A stretch of 54,968 bases of DNA, from the IMG/VR virus record IMGVR_UViG_3300026097_000029, positions 1 through 54,968 of that record, one strand, 5' to 3'. Below, in pieces: positions 21,222-30,508 of the stretch (positions within the stretch are counted from its first letter, which is position 1; each line of letters opens with the position of its first letter). Below the pieces are notes generated by a model. The model was not told the origin of the DNA. It ran no database searches and saw only the letters and a program-made list of their open reading frames with translations. Origin of the DNA: a virus (taxonomy: Duplodnaviria; Caudoviricetes). The position numbers and the translations under genes were made by a program.

Positions 21222-23839
21222 CGTTTTCTTTTAATATTCATTGTTATTTTCTTTTTCTCTTTCTCGACTGTGTACTTATTTCTATTTACAGCCATTAAAG
21301 CTAAACCACTACTAATTGTAGCATCAAATTTAGTCCTTTTATTTATATCAAACTTCATCCAATCTTTTAGAGTGTCTACGAAATACATATCTCCGTAATC
21401 GTTTGTTTCTAAGTTGTAGCCTATATGTGTATTTACATAGCTTTCAATAGCAGAAGAGTGCATAAGCTTCATGTCTAAACTAGAGTTTGGTACACCACCT
21501 AATTCTATTTCGGTAGGAGATAGCTTACTTGTTGGCTTATCAAATCGAGTTATAGAGTAGTTTCTGTAACCCCTGTTTTTAAAGTGATACAGCAGTCTAG
21601 GTTTGTTGTTCTCTATAAGTATAGGCATACCATAAAAAACACAAGCCATTAAAACATCTTCAAAAAACTGTTCTGCTGTTTTTGGTCTAGCAATGTATTC
21701 TAAGAAAAAATGATTACTAGGTACGTCTCCTATAGAAAACCTAGTTACTCCATGCAACGCACCTTTTGAGCCACGCTTAGAGTCTGAACTACTTGTTCCG
21801 TATTTAGTTACAGAGTCTACTGTTCCTGATATATCGTAGCTATCACAACCAAACGCACCCATAGTGTCGTTTAAAGGTGCTTTACTGTAACCACCATAAC
21901 CCATTCTAGTTTCATACTGATTCTGCATACTTTTTGGCGGTATCCACGTAACTTTAAAGTTACCTTTTTCGCTTTCATTCCAAACTACATTGGTATCAGG
22001 TATTCCGTTTTCCCAAGAGAAGTTTCCTTGTTTTACTTTTTTAGCAAAGTCTGCATCTTCGCAATATTGTATTTGCTCTTGTATTCTCTCTAAGCTAAAT
22101 AAACAAGTTTCTGCTTCGTCTCTTAAAGCGTCTTTTAACTTCATTGGGTAAGCTCTTAACTCTTCGTTATATGCTACTTCGTTTTGCTTTCTCTTTTGCT
22201 TTCTAATAGCTTCTAAGTATTGTACAGCACCTATTTTTTTAATACTGCCTTGTACATTTTCAAAGAAACCACCGTCAGGTACTACTTTATGGCACTTACC
22301 ATATTTATCTGTAAACTCAGTCATGTTTTCGTGAGCAGGTAAAAAGTAAGAGTATAAACCTGTAGGTGTTCGTTCTGTTACTTTGTCTCTTTTGTTTATG
22401 TTTGAGCCACTTAATATCTCTATAAATTCCGCACCACCTTTTTCGTGAGCAGCTACAGTTGAGCCTAAAAAAGCTTTACCTACAATTTTACCACCTTCAT
22501 CGAAAGTTGGTGATATCTCACCCCAATGTTCTAAGTAGTTGTGTGGTTTTTTCCACTTGCTGGCTTCGTCTCCTAGATACCTGTACATTTTCTGACCGTC
22601 ATAGCTATCGTTTTTAGTAGGCTGATAATCTATTATAGTGTTTAAGTAATCGTCTGTATTTGTGTCTTTCTTTTTTTTAGATGCTTTAGTGTTGTCTGAA
22701 GGTTTAGCAAACTCTATTAGTTTAGGACTATCTATTTTACCCTTAACAACAGGTATAAAGAAAAAAGGTAAGTTTCTTAATGCGTAAGTTAGTTTTATGT
22801 ATGCTTTCTTAGCATCGTTGTCTGACTTAGATGTAATACCAAAGTTAGCGTTTTTAGTAGATGTAGCTTCATTTAACATTCTAAACACTTTTTCATAAGT
22901 AAAACCAGTACGCCTAGACTTTACGAATATCTGACCTAAGCATCGTTTATCTAAAACACAAGCTTCTGTATGGTAAAACATATTAAGTTGTGCGTACCTA
23001 AAGTCCATATAACCGCCATCGTCTGCCATTTTACACCACTGTAAGGCAAAGTAATGACTTCCTGTTAAGTACACAGGCTCTCCGTTATTCATAAACCAAA
23101 CACCTTCTCGTCTACGCTTAAACTCTTGCATTATATACTCGTAGTAAGCGTCTTGATTTTCTTGTGTTAAGTTTTTAGGCATAGGTGTTCTTTCCCAAAA
23201 CTGATGCCTTTGTCTTTTATCTGAAAACAATATATCCTTTTTATCAGGTACTTTAGGTAAAGCTATTCTTAAGTTGTCTAAGGTTATTATTTCTCCTATT
23301 GTACCTTTAGGGCATATTATAATTGCTTTGTTTTGTGTGTCGTACCAAGACTTGTGATAGTTTTTCTCAGGATAAAATTCTTGATTAGCGAACTTTTCAG
23401 GGAAACCTATTTTAAACTCTTTATCTTCTAACTGGTAGTTTTCTGCTTCTAGTTGAAGTCTTAACTCTATTAAGCTTGCATCTATTTCGTTTACCGCTTC
23501 TAATAAAAATACTTTACCTTGAGATGCTAAGTAATGTTTTTCTTCGGGTATCTCGCTATAATCAATTTCCATAGCAAAATAACTTCTTAATGTATTAAGT
23601 GCTACATCTCCTGCAACAACTAATCGCTCTACGTAATGTTTAAGTTTTTCGGGATTGGGTTGGTTGTTTGAGTTATCCCATTTATTAATCATAACTTTAG
23701 CGTACTTAAAGCTATCTACTTTACTACGCATTAAGTTTTTGATTTTTTCTGGCTCAATTTCAGACAAGTCTATTTGATACTCTAATCCTTGAATTATAGT
23801 ATTAATTGCACTTTCTATATCTTTACTTAACCCTATCAT
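21218..23839 (-). CDS. terL: Terminase large subunit with extended N-terminus
   Basis: KSRRTGFT (Walker A-like), YLGDEASKW (Walker B), GCDSYD and FDATISSGLA nuclease motifs. Confidence 0.9.
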   Translation of the reverse strand: MIGLSKDIESAINTIIQGLEYQIDLSEIEPEKIKNLMRSKVDSFKYAKVMINKWDNSNNQPNPEKLKHYVERLVVAGDVALNTLRSYFAMEIDYSEIPEEKHYLASQGKVFLLEAVNEIDASLIELRLQLEAENYQLEDKEFKIGFPEKFANQEFYPEKNYHKSWYDTQNKAIIICPKGTIGEIITLDNLRIALPKVPDKKDILFSDKRQRHQFWERTPMPKNLTQENQDAYYEYIMQEFKRRREGVWFMNNGEPVYLTGSHYFALQWCKMADDGGYMDFRYAQLNMFYHTEACVLDKRCLGQIFVKSRRTGFTYEKVFRMLNEATSTKNANFGITSKSDNDAKKAYIKLTYALRNLPFFFIPVVKGKIDSPKLIEFAKPSDNTKASKKKKDTNTDDYLNTIIDYQPTKNDSYDGQKMYRYLGDEASKWKKPHNYLEHWGEISPTFDEGGKIVGKAFLGSTVAAHEKGGAEFIEILSGSNINKRDKVTERTPTGLYSYFLPAHENMTEFTDKYGKCHKVVPDGGFFENVQGSIKKIGAVQYLEAIRKQKRKQNEVAYNEELRAYPMKLKDALRDEAETCLFSLERIQEQIQYCEDADFAKKVKQGNFSWENGIPDTNVVWNESEKGNFKVTWIPPKSMQNQYETRMGYGGYSKAPLNDTMGAFGCDSYDISGTVDSVTKYGTSSSDSKRGSKGALHGVTRFSIGDVPSNHFFLEYIARPKTAEQFFEDVLMACVFYGMPILIENNKPRLLYHFKNRGYRNYSITRFDKPTSKLSPTEIELGGVPNSSLDMKLMHSSAIESYVNTHIGYNLETNDYGDMYFVDTLKDWMKFDINKRTKFDATISSGLALMAVNRNKYTVEKEKKKITMNIKRKR

Positions 23840-24390
23840 ACTTTAGCACATACATCTCTTGTGTCTATCTTAATAAACTCTTTACCTAAAACATTAAAGT
23901 AATAGTTTCTGTAATCTTCGTAAACTATAGTGTCTCCTTTTTTTAAACCTAATTCGTTTTCTTGCTTATATGAATTAACAGCTACAATGCCTACGTTTTC
24001 GTTTAAGTGTTTATGAGAAAACTCATCATTGTTAGGCACTCGTTCAAGAAATAAATAAGGGTCAATAGAAATCATTTCTCCGTTTTTAATAACCATATAA
24101 GGGTCTTGGGTAAAGTATAAGTCATCAAAAATATGCTTAATACCATTGTTCATTTCCCCCATTTGTGTACGACCTACTCTAAATGTATTGTGGTGTACTA
24201 CAATTAAATCTCCCTTTTCAATTATCCCTTTGTAGTCTTGTGGCGTTTCAACTACTTCTGCAACTCTGTTAGTATGTTCGTGGTTGTCTATATTATCGTT
24301 AACAATAATGTCTAAACCATCAATATCCATAGTCGTTCTATACTTGTCGCCTTTGTGTGGTTTAATTAAAAAGTAAAATGGACTTTTCAT
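23836..24390 (-). CDS. GroES-like protein (probably two tandem domains)
   Basis: FLIKP...AEVVETP...IEKGDLIVVH and FLERV...VGIVAV...LKKGDTIVY patterns. Confidence 0.55.
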   Translation of the reverse strand: MKSPFYFLIKPHKGDKYRTTMDIDGLDIIVNDNIDNHEHTNRVAEVVETPQDYKGIIEKGDLIVVHHNTFRVGRTQMGEMNNGIKHIFDDLYFTQDPYMVIKNGEMISIDPYLFLERVPNNDEFSHKHLNENVGIVAVNSYKQENELGLKKGDTIVYEDYRNYYFNVLGKEFIKIDTRDVCAKV

Positions 24391-24617
24391 TCTGCTAGTT
24401 TAAATTCATAATGACATACTGCACTTTTTTGAAATCCTTTCCATTCTTGTACTAAGTCTCCTTGCTTAACGTAGACAATGTATTCGTCTCCATCTAAAAC
24501 AATATCACTTATGATTAAATCTTTTTTTCTATTAGCAAAACTACCAACTTGATAATGCATAGCATTCATGTAATCTGAGCCTACGCTAATTTTTCTAAAC
24601 AATTTTTTATCACTCAT
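24387..24617 (-). CDS. Conserved phage hypothetical protein
   Basis: 76 aa, RKISVGSDYMNAMHY; coupled to downstream gene, preceded by TATCTTTG. Confidence 0.65.
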   Translation of the reverse strand: MSDKKLFRKISVGSDYMNAMHYQVGSFANRKKDLIISDIVLDGDEYIVYVKQGDLVQEWKGFQKSAVCHYEFKLAE

Positions 24618-24652
24618 CTCAAATAAATTTTATCTTCTACAAAGATAGGGAT

Positions 24653-25138
24653 TTATCTAGAGATTTTTTTGAACTTTTCTATAGTACGTCCACCGAAGTA
24701 TGCAGAGTATATTGTTAGTAGTAAAATTTGTAGTAAAGAAATCCATTCTTGGCTAACTTCAAAGTTGATACTGCCTGCGTCTATAAACACAAGTAGCACA
24801 GCAGAAAAAGTTAAAAATCCTAAAGATAAAGGTCTTATGTTTTTAGATAGCCAAGAGTCTGATGTCATGTCTGAATCCCAACGCTGAGAAATAGACTTAA
24901 ATTCTTCTTTGTCTAATTCTATTTGTTCTATAAGCATTTTTTTATCAAAATCGGTAAGTTCTTCTATTCCCCTTATTTTGTCTGCTAGTTTATCTAAGCC
25001 GTCTACACCAGTAAGGCTTCCTGCTATATCTAACAACTCAGGAGCAACTTGTTTACCTTGCTTAGCCAACCAACGTAAAGCATCTCCAACACGAGTTGAA
25101 CCATTACGCTCTCTGTATGTAGGTTTTTTATCAGGCAT
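24653..25138 (-). CDS. Putative holin (3TM/GTA-release type)
   Basis: RWDSDMTSDSWLSKNIRPL, two hydrophobic helices, YFGGRTIEK. Confidence 0.7.
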   Translation of the reverse strand: MPDKKPTYRERNGSTRVGDALRWLAKQGKQVAPELLDIAGSLTGVDGLDKLADKIRGIEELTDFDKKMLIEQIELDKEEFKSISQRWDSDMTSDSWLSKNIRPLSLGFLTFSAVLLVFIDAGSINFEVSQEWISLLQILLLTIYSAYFGGRTIEKFKKISR

Positions 25139-25245
25139 TATTTTTTCTTAGGCACACAATTAGGTACTTTTTTACCATTCTTTTTTTTCATTCCGTATGC
25201 TTCGTAGCCTTTCCAACAAGCATTTTTTAGTTTTTTCTTTGCCAT
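25138..25245 (-). CDS. Small basic phage protein (CWKGY...PNCVP motif)
   Basis: Read manually: MAKKKLKNACWKGYEAYGMKKKNGKKVPNCVPKKK; TAATG overlap with the next gene. Confidence 0.7.
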   Translation of the reverse strand: MAKKKLKNACWKGYEAYGMKKKNGKKVPNCVPKKK

Positions 25246-25248
25246 AAT

Positions 25249-25503
25249 TTAACAATTCCAAGCTTTTCTGCTCCAGTAGTTAGCACTAAGCTTATTATTT
25301 TTACCTTTTATACCACCACTCCTAGCACAATAACTTTTTTTACGCTTAGGGTTGTCTTTTTTAATTCTCATATTAGGGTCTCCAAAGTGTATGATTTTTT
25401 CCTTACCACCCGAGCAGGCTTTAACCACCTTAGTTTTGTTTTTCTTAGGCGAGCTCTTAGGTTTATTGCATTTCATTTTGCTTTTATCTACTCTTTTAGC
25501 CAT
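25249..25503 (-). CDS. Small basic phage protein (DUF6321-like)
   Basis: IIHFGDPNM, RKKSYCAR, ANYWSRKAWNC; start moved to ATG 25503. Confidence 0.65.
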   Translation of the reverse strand: MAKRVDKSKMKCNKPKSSPKKNKTKVVKACSGGKEKIIHFGDPNMRIKKDNPKRKKSYCARSGGIKGKNNKLSANYWSRKAWNC

Positions 25504-25595
25504 AATATTTTCCTTTATACAAAGATACAAAAAAAGCCAAAGTATAAACTTTAGCTTAAATCTTGTTGTAACAAATTTTGAATATATATGTAACT

Positions 25596-27224
25596 TTACA
25601 TTAAACTTGTTATTTGTAAATCATCATCAAAAACAATAAGCTGATTTTTCCTAGTTTCCTTGTGTACAATACTGTGAGCGTAAGCCCAACTACTCATTCC
25701 TGCTCTAGTGTAGTATTGGTTTATCTCGCACGTAACACCAACTACTGTTACTCCGTTGTGTATTATAGGAGAGTGTTGATGTGCGTGTATCATTTTGGTA
25801 TTTAACCTACTAAATGATTTGTAATTACCCCTTGAGCCATTTATACCAGAGTCTCCGTGCTCTCCTGTTTCGTAGCTACACAAACTCATAGACTCTCCAT
25901 GATTAATATAATTTACTTGTGGCATAGCTTCTTTAAGTAAATAACCATACAGTGAGCCGTAATCTCTTAAGTCTACTGTTTGTTGTATATGAGCGTATTT
26001 TAAATACGCAGGAGAGTTATGTAAGTCTCTCTTCCAATCAAAGCTATTAATGTGTCTATCTAAAAATACATCGTGGTTAGATAATACTACGTTTACTTCT
26101 CCGCCTACTTCTTCTTCTAACTTAGCGATCCAATCGAAAGTTTCTTCTATCTCTTCGTCTATTAAATAAGCTTCTTGCTTTATTTTAAGACGCTGTATAA
26201 ACATATCTTTTACTTCGTGGGGATTAAACGACGAGCCATCTAAAACATCGTGTAAAACGTGCTTATCGGGTTTTATTTGTTTAAGTAAAGAAGTTGTAGC
26301 ATCGAACACATCTTTGTTTATGTTTCTAGTGTGCCAATCTCCCCAAACTATCCCTTCTATGTTTTTTATTTTCTTAACTCCTTTAGGTGTTACGCTATAA
26401 CCTACATCGCAAAAGTTACCTTGCTTGTCTATCTTTACGTTTCTAGGCACGTGGCAAGTTCCATCTTTTTTCTTCTCTATAATAACAAAACCGTAAGAAT
26501 GGTTTTCTCCTGCTATGTCTCCTGCTTTAGAGTCTGAGTAATTTTTGTGTGTAATAAACCCTGTGGTAGACATTGTACGAAGTGCTTGATTTTTAAATCT
26601 AGGCATCGTTTTAAAATGTATTTTAGAGTGTGGCAAGACTAGGTTATAATCTCTAGCCATTAACTCGTAACCACTTAAAGGCTCTTTTGCGGTAGGTCTA
26701 ATTCTTGTATTGGTAGCCATTAGTGTATCTCCTAAATAACGCTTGCCATAATGTAAATAATCTATAATCTCGTCTACCCACCATTGTTCTGTTTCTTTTT
26801 TATTGTTCTCTACGGGAGACGTTGGGTTTCTATATCTTGAAGGTGCAACTACAATTTCACATTTTTTACCTAGTGAGTTTATAAAATCTTTGTACCTAAG
26901 CATATTTTCCCACGCTTTTTTGTGCACGTGAGTTTTGTTTTGTGCAGAAGTAAATAATACTACATCTGTTTCTTTGTGTAATTCTTTTTTTCTAGCTTTT
27001 GTTAATTGACTTGGTAATGTTGAAAATGAGTTTTCTGTAAGATTTAATCTTTCTTTCCACCATTGTCGTATTGTTCTAGGTGCTGCTCCAAATTTGTGGC
27101 TTAAAATATCCATCTTTTCTTCGTGGTTTATACCACTTTCATAATAGATACTTTTGATGTATTCCTTGTCTTCTTCGGTTAAATCTTTAAATTTTTTCTT
27201 TGTTTTTTCTGAGTTAGATTCCAT
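25596..27224 (-). CDS. Metallophosphoesterase-fold nuclease, T5 A1-like, with N-terminal HTH
   Basis: GDWH, HDVLDG, SNHD, HGD and HAHQHSP metal-binding motifs; FTSAQN; 542 aa. Confidence 0.7.
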   Translation of the reverse strand: MESNSEKTKKKFKDLTEEDKEYIKSIYYESGINHEEKMDILSHKFGAAPRTIRQWWKERLNLTENSFSTLPSQLTKARKKELHKETDVVLFTSAQNKTHVHKKAWENMLRYKDFINSLGKKCEIVVAPSRYRNPTSPVENNKKETEQWWVDEIIDYLHYGKRYLGDTLMATNTRIRPTAKEPLSGYELMARDYNLVLPHSKIHFKTMPRFKNQALRTMSTTGFITHKNYSDSKAGDIAGENHSYGFVIIEKKKDGTCHVPRNVKIDKQGNFCDVGYSVTPKGVKKIKNIEGIVWGDWHTRNINKDVFDATTSLLKQIKPDKHVLHDVLDGSSFNPHEVKDMFIQRLKIKQEAYLIDEEIEETFDWIAKLEEEVGGEVNVVLSNHDVFLDRHINSFDWKRDLHNSPAYLKYAHIQQTVDLRDYGSLYGYLLKEAMPQVNYINHGESMSLCSYETGEHGDSGINGSRGNYKSFSRLNTKMIHAHQHSPIIHNGVTVVGVTCEINQYYTRAGMSSWAYAHSIVHKETRKNQLIVFDDDLQITSLM

Positions 27225-27273
27225 TGAAATTAGTTTTAAAATTTCGTAAATATAATTAAAAAGACTTAAAAAT

Positions 27274-27789
27274 CTAAATATTTGTAGGTAATTTACCCCT
27301 TACGTTTATTCCTGAGTAGTGTCTATGTTCGTGTAAAGCATCAAAACTAGGGCATTCTTTAATACGCTCCCAAGATTCTATAACTCCATTTTTGTTTTGG
27401 TCTGTTGAAAAATCTCTATGTCCGCAAACTAATATATTATCTATATTTACACCATTCTTTTCTAACCAAAGTAAGGCAGTAGATATGCAATGGTCTATCA
27501 TTAATTTTTGTTTGTCTGTTCTAGTGTCTTCAGCTTTATGTACGTTGTCTTTATCTACTCCGCCAATATAAGCTATGTGTATAGATGAGCTATTATATCC
27601 ACGAACACCATTAGTTATTGTAGATAAACCTGCTAAATCGTGTATCTTTCCGTCTACATCTACAACTCTGTGATAGCCAACGCTTTTCCAACCTAATGTG
27701 TTTTTCCAAAATCGTTTTATAGATTCTATACTACCAAATCCTGCGGTGCAATGTATTACTATTGTTTTTACTTTTTTTGGTCTAGGCAT
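27274..27789 (-). CDS. Endolysin, N-acetylmuramoyl-L-alanine amidase
   Basis: IVIHCTA, GYH, GHRD and ECPSFD zinc amidase motifs. Confidence 0.9.
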   Translation of the reverse strand: MPRPKKVKTIVIHCTAGFGSIESIKRFWKNTLGWKSVGYHRVVDVDGKIHDLAGLSTITNGVRGYNSSSIHIAYIGGVDKDNVHKAEDTRTDKQKLMIDHCISTALLWLEKNGVNIDNILVCGHRDFSTDQNKNGVIESWERIKECPSFDALHEHRHYSGINVRGKLPTNI

Positions 27790-27792
27790 ATT

Positions 27793-28275
27793 TTATTTTT
27801 GTAGATTACTAAATAGTTTACTTATAATGTTGTTTAAGGTATCTCTTATTCCGTGTAACAATTTAGAAATATAATCTGTATTTTCTATATTTTTACGCTC
27901 TTTTATGCTAAGAATATTTGTAATACTACTTATACCTTCTGATACAACAAGTATTTTAAGGACTATTTCTACAAGCCATTTAAAATCGAAACCTAATACA
28001 AGAGCAACCAAAGCTAGTATCATAGGTATTAATAAAATAGTAGACTTGCTTACAATACCCCAAAGCAACACCTTAAATGAAAACTGAAGCTTGTTTATGT
28101 ATAAGGATTTAATAACACCTAAAATAGTGTCTATAACCATTAATACAGATAGAATTTTAACTATATCTAAATCTATTTGTAGAAACGCAAAAACAGCATA
28201 GATAACCATTTTAATTTCATACCAATAATCTGCTAACCAATCTGTTTTTTGTGCTACGTAATCTACAAATTTCAT
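27793..28275 (-). CDS. Putative holin (phage holin family 4-like)
   Basis: Several TM helices, IDTILGVIKS, SEGISSITNI; adjacent to endolysin. Confidence 0.7.
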   Translation of the reverse strand: MKFVDYVAQKTDWLADYWYEIKMVIYAVFAFLQIDLDIVKILSVLMVIDTILGVIKSLYINKLQFSFKVLLWGIVSKSTILLIPMILALVALVLGFDFKWLVEIVLKILVVSEGISSITNILSIKERKNIENTDYISKLLHGIRDTLNNIISKLFSNLQK

Positions 28276-28665
28276 CTATCTATATTCTTTTGCTGTTTTT
28301 TTTATTTCTTTTTCTGTTCTAATCCATTCAATACAATGAGATTTGCCTTTAACCCACATAGGAACATCTGCTGCATCTACTAAAAATCGTATTACATGAC
28401 CTAAGTAGTTTAGCTGTTTAGCTTTGTATCCTTTACCTAATACGCTACTTATAGGCTCTCCAAATATACCAAATAAATTAACGTGTTTTTTTAATAAACA
28501 AATATTTAAAGTTACACCAAATAAATAATTACCAAAAACATTAATATTAAAAGACTTTCTAAACGCACTATTTTCGCTTCGTTTAGTTGCTAATCTTACA
28601 ATAGTATCTACTACACTAATTAAAGTAAATATTTGTAATGCTAATATGTTCAATATCCATCCCAT
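28276..28665 (-). CDS. Hypothetical membrane-associated protein
   Basis: 129 aa, hydrophobic N-terminus, FGEPISSVLGK, HC motif. Confidence 0.6.
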   Translation of the reverse strand: MGWILNILALQIFTLISVVDTIVRLATKRSENSAFRKSFNINVFGNYLFGVTLNICLLKKHVNLFGIFGEPISSVLGKGYKAKQLNYLGHVIRFLVDAADVPMWVKGKSHCIEWIRTEKEIKKTAKEYR

Positions 28666-29042
28666 TACTCTACTAATTCCAAGTCATCGCTTGTTGTTAT
28701 GCCATAGTTGTTAATTACACCTTGTATAGATTCTTGGTCTATAACAAACTTAGCCATTTCAAAACATCTTTGCTTAATGTTAGCTATTAAATTTGTATCG
28801 CTTTCCAAAGGTGGTAAAGCTTGCTCTAGTTGCTCTAATTCTGCGTAAGCAAATGTTTTAGGCTTAAAGTTATCTAGCTTTGCTATTCTGCCTTTACTAT
28901 CTATAAAATAGTACAAACCGCTTGCTTGTATGTTTGGTTGTACTTTGTTTAAGTTTATCTTTAAATAAACTATCGCATCTTCATTAGAGCGTGTATGCTC
29001 ATTAGGTACGTTTTTAACTGTTTTTGTTCTTAGTGTTATCAT
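28665..29042 (-). CDS. Hypothetical protein (possible fibre chaperone)
   Basis: 125 aa coupled to the upstream LamG protein. Confidence 0.5.
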   Translation of the reverse strand: MITLRTKTVKNVPNEHTRSNEDAIVYLKINLNKVQPNIQASGLYYFIDSKGRIAKLDNFKPKTFAYAELEQLEQALPPLESDTNLIANIKQRCFEMAKFVIDQESIQGVINNYGITTSDDLELVE

Positions 29043-30508
29043 ATTGTTGTTCCGTTTCCGTTGTTATATAAATCGCTGTCTTGCTGCGCTGTTGTTTGTC
29101 CATTTATAAATGATACTTCGTCTATTTCTCCATTAAGAAATAGAGATGTTGATCCTGATTCTCCTAAAACAATAGCATTGTTAACACTTGGTTTATTTGT
29201 AAACGTATAAACTCCCTGTATCTGATTGTTTATTTTTAAAACAAAATCAATACCGTATTTTATTTGTATAAAATAATAATTACCAACAACATAGTTTAAT
29301 GTAGATAATATATCTTGAACACTACCATTATCTCCAAAAACAGCTCTTATTTTATTATTGTTTCTAAATTGGATATAAGTTTTTAGTTCTTCAAAATTAG
29401 AACCTACATCTTGTCCTATAATGTTACAAGTTTGATTTGAATTAGCCTTTGCCCAAAAAGATAATGTGAAGTTGTTGCTATCAAAATCATTATAGATAGA
29501 AGTAGGTAAATCCACCCTACCATCAACCCCATCAAAACTATAAGCATTGCCTATTTTACCAGTCACACCTTGCGTAACACCGCCAAACAAAGTACCGTTA
29601 TAAGAGTTAACTACGTCAATAGCATTTCCGCTTGTTTCTTCTAGCTTGTAGTAAGCAACTGCATTTTGGAATAGTGCTGGTGTTGTAGTTGTCGTTACAT
29701 TAATTGTGTTGGAATAATCTGAAATATTAAAATACTCATCTGCTAAAATGATTTTGACTTTGTATGTAGTTAGTTGTTGTAATTTAATAACATAAGGTTT
29801 ATTTACATCGGTTATATTTTGAAAAAAACCATTTACAAAAACTAAAGCATATTTTAAAGTATTAACGTGGGTAGGTTGCGTAAAGCCTAACTCGACATAA
29901 GTACCACCTATTGTTGTGGCTGATAAGTCTGTTACTGCGTTTGGTTTTGTATTTGCGTTAGGATTAGATGTATCTTTGTACAAAACGCTACCACCGTTGC
30001 CTATCAACTCTGTAATATCGCCATCTCCTGTTGTAGCTGAATCAATAATTAACTGCCCAAATGTTGAGCTTTCAAAAACCCTGTCGTCGCCTGTTGTACT
30101 ACCTATACTTGTAGCATTAGGAAAAGCCATAATTGCACCACCTAATCTCCTTAATGCAAAATCTTCTATTGCAGTTATAGCAGGCAAATAAATAAATATA
30201 TTTTGGTTTACTTGTAAAGATGCTCTATTGTTTATGCAATATCCTTCTAAATCTACAAAATAAGTCATATTTTTATCTACAAAATTTACCCCGATTGATA
30301 ATTCATAATTAGTTTCAATTCTAAAAGCTACATTTTCTCCATTAATTTCAAAATCTTTTATATCACTTGTAGAATAATTACTTGAATTTGCAAAATAACT
30401 AATAACATCTGATTCATTAGTAACTATTGATGCCACGCCACCCCAAAAAGTATTAAACCTTTTACCGCTTATATAATTAGCAAAAAAATTTAAAGATGGA
30501 CTTCTCAT
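29039..30508 (-). CDS. Fibre/receptor-binding protein with FN3-like and LamG domains
   Basis: PNAVTDLSAT (FN3-like), AYYKLEETSG, GKIGNAYSFDG, FTLSFW, GEIDEVSF, LYNNGNG. Confidence 0.75.
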   Translation of the reverse strand: MRSPSLNFFANYISGKRFNTFWGGVASIVTNESDVISYFANSSNYSTSDIKDFEINGENVAFRIETNYELSIGVNFVDKNMTYFVDLEGYCINNRASLQVNQNIFIYLPAITAIEDFALRRLGGAIMAFPNATSIGSTTGDDRVFESSTFGQLIIDSATTGDGDITELIGNGGSVLYKDTSNPNANTKPNAVTDLSATTIGGTYVELGFTQPTHVNTLKYALVFVNGFFQNITDVNKPYVIKLQQLTTYKVKIILADEYFNISDYSNTINVTTTTTPALFQNAVAYYKLEETSGNAIDVVNSYNGTLFGGVTQGVTGKIGNAYSFDGVDGRVDLPTSIYNDFDSNNFTLSFWAKANSNQTCNIIGQDVGSNFEELKTYIQFRNNNKIRAVFGDNGSVQDILSTLNYVVGNYYFIQIKYGIDFVLKINNQIQGVYTFTNKPSVNNAIVLGESGSTSLFLNGEIDEVSFINGQTTAQQDSDLYNNGNGTTI

